Source: Protoeuglena noctilucae (taxonomy: Eukaryota). From it: DNA of 64,000 bases. The stretch spans positions 62,001 to 126,000 of the forward strand of contig OY253683.1 in the NCBI GenBank assembly GCA_958009085.1, in the 5' to 3' direction. The position numbers and the translations under genes are program-made. The number at the start of each line of letters is the position of its first letter. Positions within the stretch are counted from its first letter, which is position 1. The notes beneath the pieces were generated by a model. The model was not told where the DNA came from and did no database searches. It was given only the letters and a program-made list of their open reading frames with translations. This document shows positions 1 to 11,677 of the stretch, one piece after another.

Positions 1-2109
1 GCGTGGATCTGAGGCAGGGGCAGAAGCGGGTGCTGTGGGGGTGGGACCGCAGCCGTCGCCAAGTGCTGGTTTAACGCGGCAGGGATCGCAAACAACGACG
101 AGTGGATTGGCGAGGCAGGGATCTCGGTCGTCGCTGGCTGCGGAGGTGGAGCGGACGCTGAGCGGGGGACAGGGATCGCCAGGGTCAGCGGCATCCGATG
201 CCGGTGAGTCGCACCCACTCATGCATGCCGTGGCGTTACCATCAGTCGACAAACGACTTATGCTTGCTGCGACTGGCTAGCAGCGTAACTCCCTGCCCAC
301 ATCGCTACCCCCGTCTCTCCCTCGCAGCAGAGGCCGTGCCCCGACTGACCCGGGCGACGTCGGTGGCGTCTCCTCTGGCGTCCCCTGGCGACTCGGCAGA
401 TGGGTGAGGCATGCTATAAGGATAAGCAATGTTGACACAAGCACCACACCTGCCCATGCACGCACCACCCCCTGTGTCGCTCGTTCACCCGCGCTCCCTA
501 CAACCACTCATCGCCTCCTCCCCTGCCCCCCCGCAGCCAACCCCGCGACCGCACCCCCACCCCGCCCCTCCGGCTGCTGGAGACCCGCGCTCGCCGCGCC
601 CAGAGCCTCGTCCTGACGTCAGGCGAACGCAGCGACCGCCCCGCCCGCCCCGCCCGCGGCCCCTCGCGCCTCAAGAGCTCCAGCGGGGCGGGCATGGACG
701 GCGCTGCCTCCGACGCTGCCGCTGAGTCAGACCCAGTCCCTGGCCCCGCGTCACCTCTCGCATCAGGCCCCGCATCTGCGGGCAGTGCCCCCCGCACCTC
801 CATCTTCCGTGTCAAGCGCGGCGCGCCCTCGCCCCTGGCCCGCAGCGCCACCCTGCCCGCCCCCGGCCACAGCGCCAATGTCACCGCTCCCGCCCCGCCC
901 CGCCCCTTGTCTCCTGAGGTCCTGGCCAGGCTGGGGCGGCTGGCGTCGAGGGGTCTTGGGGACCGGGGAGACGAGGGAGCTAAGCAGGGGAGCCGTGGTG
1001 CTTCAGGGAACGCGGGGGAGGGGTCTGGGGAGTCCCAGTCCGGGGTAGGGAGCGGGCCGTCGGGGGCGTGGGGGGCTGGGGGTGAGTCGGGAGGAGGGGA
1101 GAGCACGTGCGGGGAGCAAGAGGTGCAGGGGCCGCGGAGGGGGGTGGAGGGGACAGTGGCTGAGGCTGGGGGTGCGGTGAGCCGCAGTCGCCGCCCGCCA
1201 CGGTCGGGGAGTGGGGGTGGCAGTGGGGGTGGGGGTGACGATGCCTTGTCTGCCTCTGCCACTGCCTCCGCTGCTGTGTCTGCGTCTGCGTCGTTGCGGC
1301 GTGCCGTGTCGCGTTTGGACCGCCGGGTCGAGGCGGTGGAGGGCGGCGTGGCGGCATCCGTGGGGGCGGTGGGGGCGCAGCTGGGGCGGGTGATGGAGGG
1401 GGTGGCGGCGGCACAGCAGGAGCTGCGGGCGCTGGAAACGAGGATTGCAACGCACGTGGCGGCGGCGGAGTCGCGGTGGGAGGAGGCGGCGGAGCGGGAC
1501 CGCGGTGCGTGGGCGGGGCTGGCGGCGCGGGTGGGGCGAGTCGAGGCGGAGGGGGCGCGGTGGGCGGAGGCGGCGGTGGGGCTGGAGCGGGCGGTGGGGC
1601 GGTGCGTGGCGGCGGTGGAGGCGATGCGGGGGGAGCTGGGGGGCCGCGTGGACGCTGTGGAGAGGGCGCTGAGGGGGGACGGTCCCTCGATGGCGAGGGT
1701 GTCGGCCACGGTGGGCGACGTGGCGTTCCGGTGACTGGCGACGCGGGTGCTAGAGATTGGCTGTAAGCATCTGCATTCCCATAGCGTTGCTTGGCAATGG
1801 TGGATTGCGCACGACACGCGGCCCGCTCTATGCGGGTTCGCCGCCAGGCATCGAACCCGCCTGTTCTGTGCACCCAGGCTGTCGCTGATCGAGTCGGCAT
1901 TGGCGGGAAACGGCCCGGCACCCGTCGCCGTGGGGAGCGGTGGCAGGGGAGGGGCGGGACCGTCGCCGGAGCGGCCGGGTGCGTCGGAGAGGGGCGTCAG
2001 GGCAACGGGGGCCGTGAGCCTGGAGGGCGGGGCGTCGCCGGTGCCACCGAGCGGGGCCAAGCGGCCGCCGTCGCTGGCCGACCTGGCAGCGTCCGGGTTT
2101 GCGTTGTGA
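1..2109 (+). CDS. 3' part of a multi-exon hypothetical protein: Ser/Gly/Ala-rich disordered region followed by a predicted coiled coil (5' end outside window)
   Basis: Exons join in frame via GT-AG introns at about 204-327, 404-536 and 1731-1877. The large exon contains ORF 694-1734 with heptad-like LRRAVSRLDRRVEAVEGG...LRALETRI. The last exon continues DVAFR|LSLIESALAG to TGA at 2109. No family recognised. Confidence 0.55.
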
Positions 2110-2900
2110 AGCGTGCTATCGATCCAATTTGACCTGGTTTGCCGGCTGTGATTGCGCTTGTCTTGTTTGTGAGCCTTCAATGCAGCGTCGCGCGGAGATG
2201 GGAGGGGTGGGAGAGCGAGAGAGACCTCGCCACGAATGGGCGCTATTGCCGCCTCGGATGGGCGCGCGATGAATGCCTGGCATGCACATGCGCAATCGCA
2301 AAGGGACGAGACACGAAAGGGACCGAAGGGGGCTGCACGCAACAATGGGCCCGGGAAGCGGGCCTGGCTCTAAGCCCAGCCTGCGGTGGCTCTGGGCGTC
2401 TAAGCTGGTTGGAACGGAGAGGCTGTATTTGAGCTAGGGCCGCACGTGGCTGGGCTACCCTGGAAAGAGCGATGTCGTCTACTCGCCCGCATGGGGCGTC
2501 TCCTGTCGAACCATTCATCCACAAGGGACACTGCCAAGGACCCACCGTCGGGAGTGGCACGGCCCGGACACTAAACGCGATCGATGTGGGAACGCATGGC
2601 TACACCAAAGAGTCGGCAGGGCTGCACCAATGGGTTGGCATGGCTACACCTGTGAGTTGGCACACCGGGGTGTCAAGCCTACTGCTCTGGGCGAGGCGCC
2701 CGGAGGGGAGAGGAGCAACCTGGCAGGGCAGGTCGGGAAATGCGAGATGCGACATGCCAGAGAGGGTGAGCCTGTGACAGATGCAAAGCCTGCGACAGTG
2801 ACGAACGTGCTGTGGACGAGCAGGGCAGAGAGTGACGAGGTGACGCACCATGGCATTCACGCCCAGGCCAGCTACCCGCGTCCCACGTCGGCCCGACCCC

Positions 2901-5900
2901 TCAGCTGCGATGCTCGCTGCCCCGCTTGGCAGCCGCCCCGCCCTCGCCGCGCAACGCCCTTAGGGAGTGGGTCTTGCCGCCCCAGGGCTTGCCGTGGCGG
3001 TACTTCTGCATATAGCAGAGACGAAGAGCGGCGCCGTTACAACTGCGGTTGCCACGAGCGCACCCATGACCACCGCCCCGCACCGCCCTGCCACGCTGCG
3101 CTCACCCGGCTGGCGGCGGGCCTCGGATGCGGGGCCGCACTGCCGCCCCTGGCCGCGTCTGCTGCGCTGTCCTGGGACATCTTGGAAGTGCGGCTGCCGG
3201 AGCCACGCTGCGGGGGGAGGGATGCCGCAAGCCCCGTGAGCCGGTCATCCATTCATTCTCCACCCATCACTAACATCACCATCATCCCCAGCCATCTTAT
3301 ACCCCAGGCATCGTGAGCCACTCTCCATCCCACAACCCAAGCCCCGCTCGACAGCAACTACCAAGCACCGGACACATAGCACAAGCACCCCGCCACCACG
3401 CCCCGTGTTCACCCTCATACCTCCCATACAATCTCCCATGTCCCCATGTCAGCAACGACACCCTCTCAGGTCACCTTGGACTCCCGGTCAGCCTCGGCGT
3501 CGGACAGGTACGCCCGCCCGTGCGCCCACAGGGGCTCCTCCTCGCCCTCGCCCTCCTCCAGGCACCCAGGCACCCGATCAAATCCCCGGGGAGTGCCCTC
3601 GCGCGCCAGGAGGCCCACCCCGGCGCTGCCGCGGGGGAAGGAGGAGCCGTCCGAGCCGCGGGTGGGGGCGCCGGACCAGGGCGCGCCCTCCGACCCCGTC
3701 CCCGCAGACCCGCCCAGCCGGTGACGGGACGCTGCGCCCGGCGACGCGCACCCGACGCTCACGGAGGACTCCGCGGCGCCGTCGCCCGGCACCGCCACGG
3801 CGAGGCTGGCGGCTGGGACCGATCCGGCCTCTGCCAGGGAGGGGGCGGACCGCGGGTGGGGCAGCGGCAGGTCCATCTGAAGAGGACTGGCGCCGGGGGG
3901 CGTCCCCGCGGCCATCTCCGCCAGGGAAGGCGCGGCGTGGAGGTGCGGGAGCGGCGGGGTCGCCTCCACCCCACTGCGCGCGCCCAGCGCCCCCAGGCCG
4001 CCCCAGGCGGAGCTCGGGTGCCGGTCTCCCGGCTGCGTGCCCGACCCTGGCCAGTCGCGCTCTGAGGTGCCAAGGGCGTCCGCGTCGCTCTCCAAATACC
4101 CCACCCACGTGTGGTTCTTCTTCCTGAGAGGCAAGAGCAGCGCATGGCATGGTGAGCAAATGAGGGGCTGGTGGGTAATCAACCACGGGGGGTGATCGAC
4201 ATGTACCACGCATGGCATGGGACATTCCCCAACCAATAATGCAGCAAGCACTACCGATGTTACGTCACGTGTGACTGACCACAACCACCCCGTCGCACCT
4301 GGCGGACACCCGGGGCCGCAGCTCGGCCATCTCGCTGGGAACAGCCGCGTCCCAGGGGAGGTAGCTGTCTGCGTCCCCGGTCGCATCGGTGCCACGCCTG
4401 GGGAGCGCGGCCGGACGCGACGACAGGGCCATGCTCTCCTTCAGGACCTGCATGAGCGTGAAGTGACGCGAGATGCATGAGCGTGGGGTGACGCGAGATG
4501 TCGCGGCGGAGGAGGGGGCTTCTAAGCGGCGGGGGCAACGATGTCGCAAGTGCACTGCGAGCATCGCAGCAAACGACAACCGGCCCGCGGCTGCAGGTGA
4601 GGCACTCCGGAGTGCCTTTGCATCTCGCCTGCAGACAGAGGCTGTCCACCCTCCGCCTCATGGATGTGTGCATGGGGTCCTCGGCACGGGCGCCCTGCGG
4701 CCAAGGACGCGGCTCTGTCGAGCTGGCCCCCATCGACCCTCCATCACACCGAGCAACCCCTCTCTTTACACGAGAGATCAACACCATCCGGATGCACCCC
4801 ATACACCCCACGCACCCTTCCCCCGGGCACGTGCCACCCAAAGGCGCTCCACCGCTTCTCCGGCCCCGGTTTGGGCGCCGCGCGGTCGAGGAGGTCCGAT
4901 CGCGAGCTCTGGGACGGCTCCGTGGAGAGCTGACCCGGGAGGTGCGTGGTGGGGAGGAGGTGGTCGAGTGAGACGTCGGCAGGTGGGGGCGACGGCCGAT
5001 CCGGGGAGCTGGAGCCGGCGGGGTGGCGAGGCGCTGCGGCATCGTGCAGGCGGCGCGCGGACGGCCGGCGTTGGTGGGGCGCGGGTGCAGGTGCAGGTGC
5101 AGGTGCGGGCGGTGTGCCTGGTGAGGAAGCGCCGTCTGCAGCCAGAGCGTCTGCCTGGGTGCTGGACAGGCCCAGGCGGGAGTTCCTGCGAATACAAAGA
5201 AGCCGGGCGGGGTTTCGTCACACAACACGCTTGTTGCGAGGCGCCAGGTCCCGACCGCGGCTCTGCATGCGCCCGCACCTGCGCTGGGGCCTGGCCCGGT
5301 CCTCCTGGCTGCGAGAGGAGGCGCGGGCGACTTGGCGCGTGGCGTGGTGGAGGTGCGCGGAGCTGGGAGACCCGATGGCGGCCCCGCTGTAGCTGCGGTG
5401 GAAGCCCGTAGTCTGCGTGAGGCTCCCGTGGCCGCGTCGCGTGGGGGATCCGAGGCCCGGGGCGCGCGAGGGGGCGGGGGACGGCGCGGAAGACGTGGTG
5501 GTGGACGTGGGGACGTCGCCCATGCCCACGCTCTGCGGGCGAGGGGCGGCGGGGCATGGGTGTCTCAGGCGGAGGTCGCAGTGCCGAGATGCAGCATGGG
5601 CGATGCCGGCACGCAACGCGGGCGTCGCAGGCCGCCTCACCAGGCGCCCCTCGGCGGTGCTGTCCGTACCGTTGGAGAAGTAGCTGGGGCCAGCCGACCG
5701 CTTGCGCCTGCGTGGGAAGCGGCGGTATATATATCAGCGCCCATGCGATGCGATGCCCAACACTTTGCCTTCGCCTCCTAGTGCCTTAAAGTGTCAGTGC
5801 TCCACTTCGGTTCACGACCCCTCACCGCGTGGTGTCGCACGTGAGGTCGGCCATGACGGCCGACGCCAGACGGCCCAGCAGGTCCGCGACGGCGGCCAGC

Positions 5901-6337
5901 ACGCGCGAGACGAGGCCCGCGATGCCCTGCGGCGCCTCCTCCTCCGCCGGGGTGCCCCCGGGGGAGGGGCGCTCCCCGGTGTCAGGAGGGCCCTCCGTGA
6001 GGCTGGCCGACGGGCTGGCAGAGGGCCGGTCGAGGGACGCGGTCAACGCCAACGGGTGCGACCGGCGCCGGAAACGACCCACGTCGGACCGCCGCGATCC
6101 GCGCCAGGTCGCCCGGGCCGGCGACGAGTGCGGGGTGCTGGCAGCCCCGGGGGACCCCGAGGCCTCGTCACGGACCCACGCGCCGCCCGTGAAGTCCCAG
6201 GGGCTGACGTGCGCCCCGTCTCGGCGATCCGTCCCGGGGATGAGGACATGCGCCTCCGTCATCCGCAGCGGGCGGTAGGACCGCCGCGGGGCGTCCAGCA
6301 GCACTCCCGCATGCTCCGGCGCAACCCACGCGTCCAT
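2901..6337 (-). CDS. Multi-exon hypothetical Ser/Pro/Gly-rich (probably disordered) protein
   Basis: ORF pieces 6337-5826 (MDAWVAPEH...), ~5707-5641, ~5532-5279, ~5136-4820, ~4446-4299, ~4050-3474, ~3208-3107 and ~3006-2901 (KYRHGKPW...HRS*) are mostly bounded by GTG(A/C) donors and cgcag/tgcag acceptors. Some internal boundaries are uncertain. No family recognised. Confidence 0.45.
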
Positions 6338-7108
6338 CTCCGCGGGCGGGGAGCGCCGGGCCTCCCCGCCGCGGCTCTCGACGTGCGATAATCCTGGCAG
6401 GACGGAACCTCGGGCCGGGGGCGTCCGCGGTGCGCGCGGCTGCGTGAACTGCGGGTCAAACAGAGCAGGACCGTCGCGTCCGCGCCAGCGATCCGTTGGC
6501 GCTTGGCGGGGTCAGCGGTGGCCAGAAACGAGCGATTCGCGTGGAAGGCATCGCGGAAGGGAGCTCGGGGCCTCTTGGGGGGCGGCGAGAGCTGCGTTTC
6601 CGCGGAGCCTTAACGCCGCAGCCGTTTTCGCAGCGTGTGGGCTTCCCAGGCCCGCAGCGAGCCGGACGAGCTCCAGCGATGCCAACAGTCATCCGTGACA
6701 AGAAAGGACGCCGGCCGGGCGCGGGCCATTGAGGGAGGGCCCGTGCTGAACTCCGCCAAGCACGGCTCCCGGCGCGAAAAGGGCCGCGTGTCTGTGGCAG
6801 CCCCAGCACGATCACCTCTGCACGACACGGATTCTGCGGCACGCCACGGAAGAAGTGTTGCCGGGAGCTGGCACCCCTCGAGGCTCACGAGCTGCGCCTC
6901 GGTCGCCCGTCGCTGGGAATAGAACCCAAGGGATTGCGCGAACTGAAGCGCAAGCAACGCCCGCACCGCACTCTTGACAGCAAACTGACCTGGGTCGAAC
7001 CCCTGTCAGGCGTAGGACGACGTCGGAGTGGCGAATGTCGTGCCTACTCGTGCTTGTCAGCGTCAGATAGCCTCTGTTGACGGATCCGAGGCCTTCGTGG
7101 TGCCAGCC

Positions 7109-7703
7109 ATGCGGAGGGCAGCGACCTTGAGCCCGAGCACGCTGCTGGGGAGGAGCGATGGGCTGGTGACAGCAGCAGCAGGGACGGTGGGCGCAGCGGC
7201 CAGTGGCATTCGTGGGTGGTATGCTCGAGGTGGACGCGCCGAGACGACGGGGGACGCCACGCGGCGCGACGAGGGGAGCGGGAATAAGGAAGGCGATGCC
7301 TTGGGCGCCTTCCAACGCAAGGTGGATCACAGGTGCGTCGAGAAAACGTTGCGACTGGCCGCGGGTGCGATGGACGTTGCCACTGCCCGGATTTGCGGGA
7401 AGCACGCCCAGCACCCCGACCACCACCCCCGTGTGTGGGGTCGCAGGTCGCAGGAGGCAGAGAGGAAGCTTCACGAGCTTTTGAAGAACGCACAGGAGGC
7501 TCGGTTTGGGGAAGGTGACGCGGACAGGCGCAGTGCTTGGATCTGGACTGGGCATCGTCATGTGGTCTACGCGACGCCAAGGGCTCCTTTGTGCCAAGCC
7601 CGCAGAGGAGAAGGGCAGGGCGGAGCAGAAGGAGGGGGTTCAACAGAAGCCGGGGGAGGGGAAAGAGGGCGGGGGAGAGGTCGGGGGACCCAGGTGGGCG
7701 TAG
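7109..7703 (+). CDS. Small 3-exon hypothetical protein
   Basis: MRRAATLSPS...FQRKVDHR | SQEAERKLHELLKNAQEARFGE | EEKGRAEQKEG...RWA*, with GT donors and cgcag acceptors that keep the frame. The start codon is uncertain. Confidence 0.35.
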
Positions 7704-7852
7704 CGCGGATGCAGACGGTGGGGGTGTATGCACGCCAGGTGCGCAATAACAAGCACGGGAACTGCCCTCCGAGTTCGCAGCGGGCCAGAGCCCACGAGGT
7801 TCGGCGACTGGGAGCGCAAGGGCAAGTGCGTGGATTTCTGAGGAGCTGCGCC

Positions 7853-8739
7853 TCACTCGCCAAGACCCCGACGTATCTGGTCCCACTGGTTTACCGGCGC
7901 CGCCACGGGCTCATCCGACACGATCCCGGCGGTGTCCTGGTCCGAGGCCATGAGCCCCGCGAGCGTCTGCGGGGGCAGACATATAGTGCCCCTTTGCGCC
8001 AGCTACGCGTTTCAGCCTGCCTGCATGCCCCTGCCCGCCGCGAGGTCGAACCTTGACGCGCTTCGTGACGACCAGCTGACGGTGCTCGCCCCAGGGATGG
8101 TCGCAATTGCAAACCCATGGGGAGTGGAACTGCTGGCAGCGGCAGTTGGCCTGCACGCAGCGGGGGGCGTCTGTTCGGGCCCGCGCTGGCACCGGCCCCG
8201 CGGCGCGCGACGCCCTCGGCCCGGCCGGTCGAAGTCACCTTGGCGCACTGCTTCGACACGGGGTCGTGTTCGGTGTGCTTGTGCTTGCAGCTGCATCGCA
8301 GGACCCAGGACCCCTCCGCTACGATGAAGTAGAAGGCCGGGCAAGCGCACTTTGCCGACCGGCAGCAGCAGCGGCCGCCCCGCCCCTCGTGCTCCCGGAA
8401 GCGGTGACCGCAGAGGCACCGCGACTCGGACCGAATGGGCACGCAGTCGTGGTTGCACGTCCCGCAGCGCCACACGACGACTTCCACGTCCTTCTCCAAA
8501 ACCTGCGGGGAATGGCGCCGGCCGTGTGTGGCTCTGCGACCTGTGCCACGTCGCAGCGGTCGCCGCGGTCAGGCATGTGCACCCTCCCGCACCTCTGGCA
8601 CCTCCGCAGCCTGGCTCCTGGCAGCTGCAGCCGCATCCACATCCCCTGCTCCAGAGTCTGCCCCGGGCTTCTTCGCCCGGCTCAGGCTTCTCTTCAGCGC
8701 GCTGAGCGCCTCGGCACGCCCGGGCGCCTCTCCCTCCAT
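7853..8739 (-). CDS. FAM221A/B-like (DUF4475) Cys/His-rich protein
   Basis: Spliced translation VLEKDVEVVVWRCGTCNHDCVPIRSESRCLCGHRFREH...CACPAFYFIVAEGSWVLRCSCKHKHTEHDP...CRCQQFHSPWVCNCDHPWGEH matches the FAM221 CxCGH / CxCKHxHxxH pattern. Last exon TLAGLMASD...NQWDQIRRGLGE* ends at 7853. The 5' end is uncertain and further exons up to ~9300 are possible. Confidence 0.75.
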
Positions 8740-9550
8740 CAGCCGCCTCCTCCGTGACGCCTCGCCCACACCACCTTCTCGGGGGCCCCTCTTTTACCCT
8801 CCGCCGGCCCTGCGTGCCCGGGGATCCGCCGCGCGACGTGAGGGCGCCGTCCAGCGGGCGGAGCGGACGACGTCGCTTTGCAACGAGCCCCACCTGCTTG
8901 CGCCTGGCGCGCCGCCGGCAACAGCTCCGTCACAGCTTGTGAAAGGGTCTTCTCCTCGCCAAACAGCTCCTGGTAGCGGGGATGCGATCGAGCGCTGCGA
9001 AGAAAAAGCGGGCGACTTGCTTTGAAAAGGATCCGGGCGACGGCGGGCGAAGATGAGGCCAAAATAGCGACGCTCACTCTTCAAGGCTGATGTGGATGAG
9101 ATAGGCCCACGCGGCGAAGAATGCTGTGACCCCCGCACCGCGCTGCAAGCACGACACCCAGCAGTTAGTTTGATACAGACAGCGGTCGGGTCGCAGCCCT
9201 CTTCGCAGCGCATAAGTTGAATCCGAAGTCGCACCCACAGGTTCTTCTTGCTCGCAGGGCTCAGCCGGTTCAGGCTCCACTTAATGTCGGCCAGCATCCG
9301 CACCAGGAGGTGAACATGGCAAGGGCGGCAGATTCATGAAGTGGTAAATGGTCCGATCTGTTGTACGTGACGGCGGGTGGAGCCCAAAAACGGCTGCGTT
9401 TCTTTTTGGGGAGAACCCTGACCCTCCCCGGTTTCTACTGGGCAGAATTGAGCTCCCCAGGGAAGCCCAGCGCCGCAGTCTTGGTGGCACTACCTGTGTG
9501 AGCACCTGACACACCCCCTTTTGCGCAAACCTCCTTCTCCTGCACAAGCC

Positions 9551-11218
9551 ATGGCGACCCTGCGTGCCCCGGCGCCTCCTACGCGCCATCCCCAAGATGC
9601 CTTGGGAGGGGCGGGTCCGTTTCACCGGGTCGTGCCTACGAGCAGCACGGCTTGCGGGAGGCTGGTGAGTTGTGGCCTCGGCCAGCTCAGCGTGTTGGCT
9701 CTAAACGCTCGGGGCACTTTTGAGCTTAAAAGGCTCCCATCGCTTCAGTTTAGTTGTCGGAATACTTCTAGCGCGGCGGCTCCTTGCTCTATCATGTCCC
9801 CGCGCCGCTGTTGTGACGCGAGGATGCCTGAGCATGGCACCCGCTCGCCCGCTCACCCGTCTCCCGCCTAGTCCCCGTATCCCCTTTTTTGATGTGTAAT
9901 GACCTTGCCATGCGACGGAGGGGGACCTGCGTCGCGCCGGGACCGCGCGCCGACCGCACGCCCATCCAAGTGTTTGACCGGCCCGCGAGAGGCGGCCCGG
10001 CTACGATTGGCATCCCCGCCCCGCTCTCCGCTTCCAATTATCCAGGGCTTTCACTCGATCTCACTCCGAGCGCGCTTTCTGCATCTCGCAGAGAGAGATT
10101 CGTGGGAAGCGCATCGAGCTTCGGCAAAGCGACAATGCCGCATGGCAGCCGCTCACCATCGACGGGAACACGCTGAACATGAAGGGCTTATCCTACAACG
10201 AAGTCGATCCTGGGCTCTTCGTCGGCAGCCAGCCTCTCAAAGTGAGCAGCTGGACCCATGTGCAATCCTGCGCTGCCGTTTGGCCCCCGCGTCTGCTGAG
10301 GCTCGAGCGCCGCCTGCACCCGCAGCGGGAGGACGTCCGCTTCCTGGCCGAGACGGAGGGCGTCACGCACATCATCAGCATGCAGGAGGAGGCCAACCAG
10401 CGGGCGTGGAGGGTAGACCCGCGCGAGATTGCGGCTGCATGTAGCGACTGCGGCGTCCTGCTCACGCGCATCCCCACCCGGGACCACAGCATCTCCATAC
10501 ACCAGGAGGGGTGGCGGGTGAGGCACTGCGAGTTGGCCAGGGCCCACCTGATGTCGCATGGCAGCGCCCACTGGCCGCATCGCAAACGCCCATCTCTCTA
10601 ATCCCCCGCAGTACGACGAGCGCATCATGTGCACCCGCGCCCGCGTGCCCATCGTCGTGGCCGCGCTGGGGCGGGCTCTGATGAACGGCGACTGCGTGTA
10701 CCTGCACTGCACGGCCGGTGAGACGCTTGATTTGATCTGGAGGGGCGTCGCATAGTTACAAAGCCACTGTGGCGTGTCCCAGCAGCTCTCCCGTCTCTCC
10801 CGTGGTCGCAGGCATGGGCCGCGCCCCCTCGGCAGCCATCGCCTTCCTGTACTGGGTGCGGAACATGGACCTCGACGAGGCGAGGGAGTTCGTGCGGCTG
10901 CTGCGGCCCGGGGCGGTGCCGGACCGTGACGGGGTACGAGGGGCCACGTTCAATATCCTCGACGCCGAGAACGCCAACCACCGGTGGCTCGACCCCCGCG
11001 CCGACCCCTTCCCCCGCAAGCCCCGGCAGGCGTGGGCGTATTTGAGCGAGAGCGACCGCGTGCGGCTCTGCGAGCGCCTGGGCATCCTCGACGTCTGGCA
11101 CCACTACAAAAGGCTCGAGAGCGGGTCGCAGGCCTACGCGGAGGGCTCCGACGCGGCGGCGGATGCCGACGGGGTGCTGCTCGAGGCGGCCAGCAGCCCC
11201 AATGCCTGTCTGTTATGA
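9551..11218 (+). CDS. Phosphoglucan phosphatase, LSF2/SEX4-like dual-specificity phosphatase, probably plastid-targeted
   Basis: YNEVDPGLFVGSQP motif. The catalytic HCTA|GMGR loop is split by an intron at ~10718-10811. Followed by AIAFLYW...RGATFNIL and a C-terminal LSESDRVRL motif, with no CBM downstream. Putative first exon MATLRAPAPP... is transit-peptide-like; 5' exons are less certain. Confidence 0.8.
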
Positions 11219-11677
11219 CTGGGGGTCAGCTTTGGCCTCCTAGACTCAGTGAAATGTCTAGCACGCCCCGCTGCCGCGCCAGGCATGCGGGGTCGTGCGT
11301 TGTCTCCCAGGGTCGGGCTCCATTGACGGCCCTGTCCCCATTACTCTGGTCTCCTCTCCCCTGCGATCTGTGCGGCTGCCCGCGTGACCACGCTCCTTGC
11401 TGAGAGCGGTTTTTCACCGGACGCGCGATCAGCTTCCCGCAAGAGCACGAACTGTTTTGAAAGCACCGGCCGATGCGCCCGATCGTGACGGCTTTTTGGG
11501 GAATCCGTTCTGTCAGAGTTGCATCGACGCCGCAGGGCGAGTGCAGCAAGCCCCCGCGCTGTCCTCCGCCTGCGTCAAGTCTCTCTCATAACGGGTAGGG
11601 TCCTGGGGGTTCCCTGCCCGTCCTCTCCTTGAATCCTCACTGGTAACTTGGAAGTCTTCGCAACCCTACCAACCCCG

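Noticed and set aside
5083..5108. (GGTGCA)n hexamer run, plus the (TCC/TCA)n tract at ~22670-22750
   Set aside because: These are simple coding repeats (PAPAPA linker and poly-D/E tail), not a CRISPR array or satellite.
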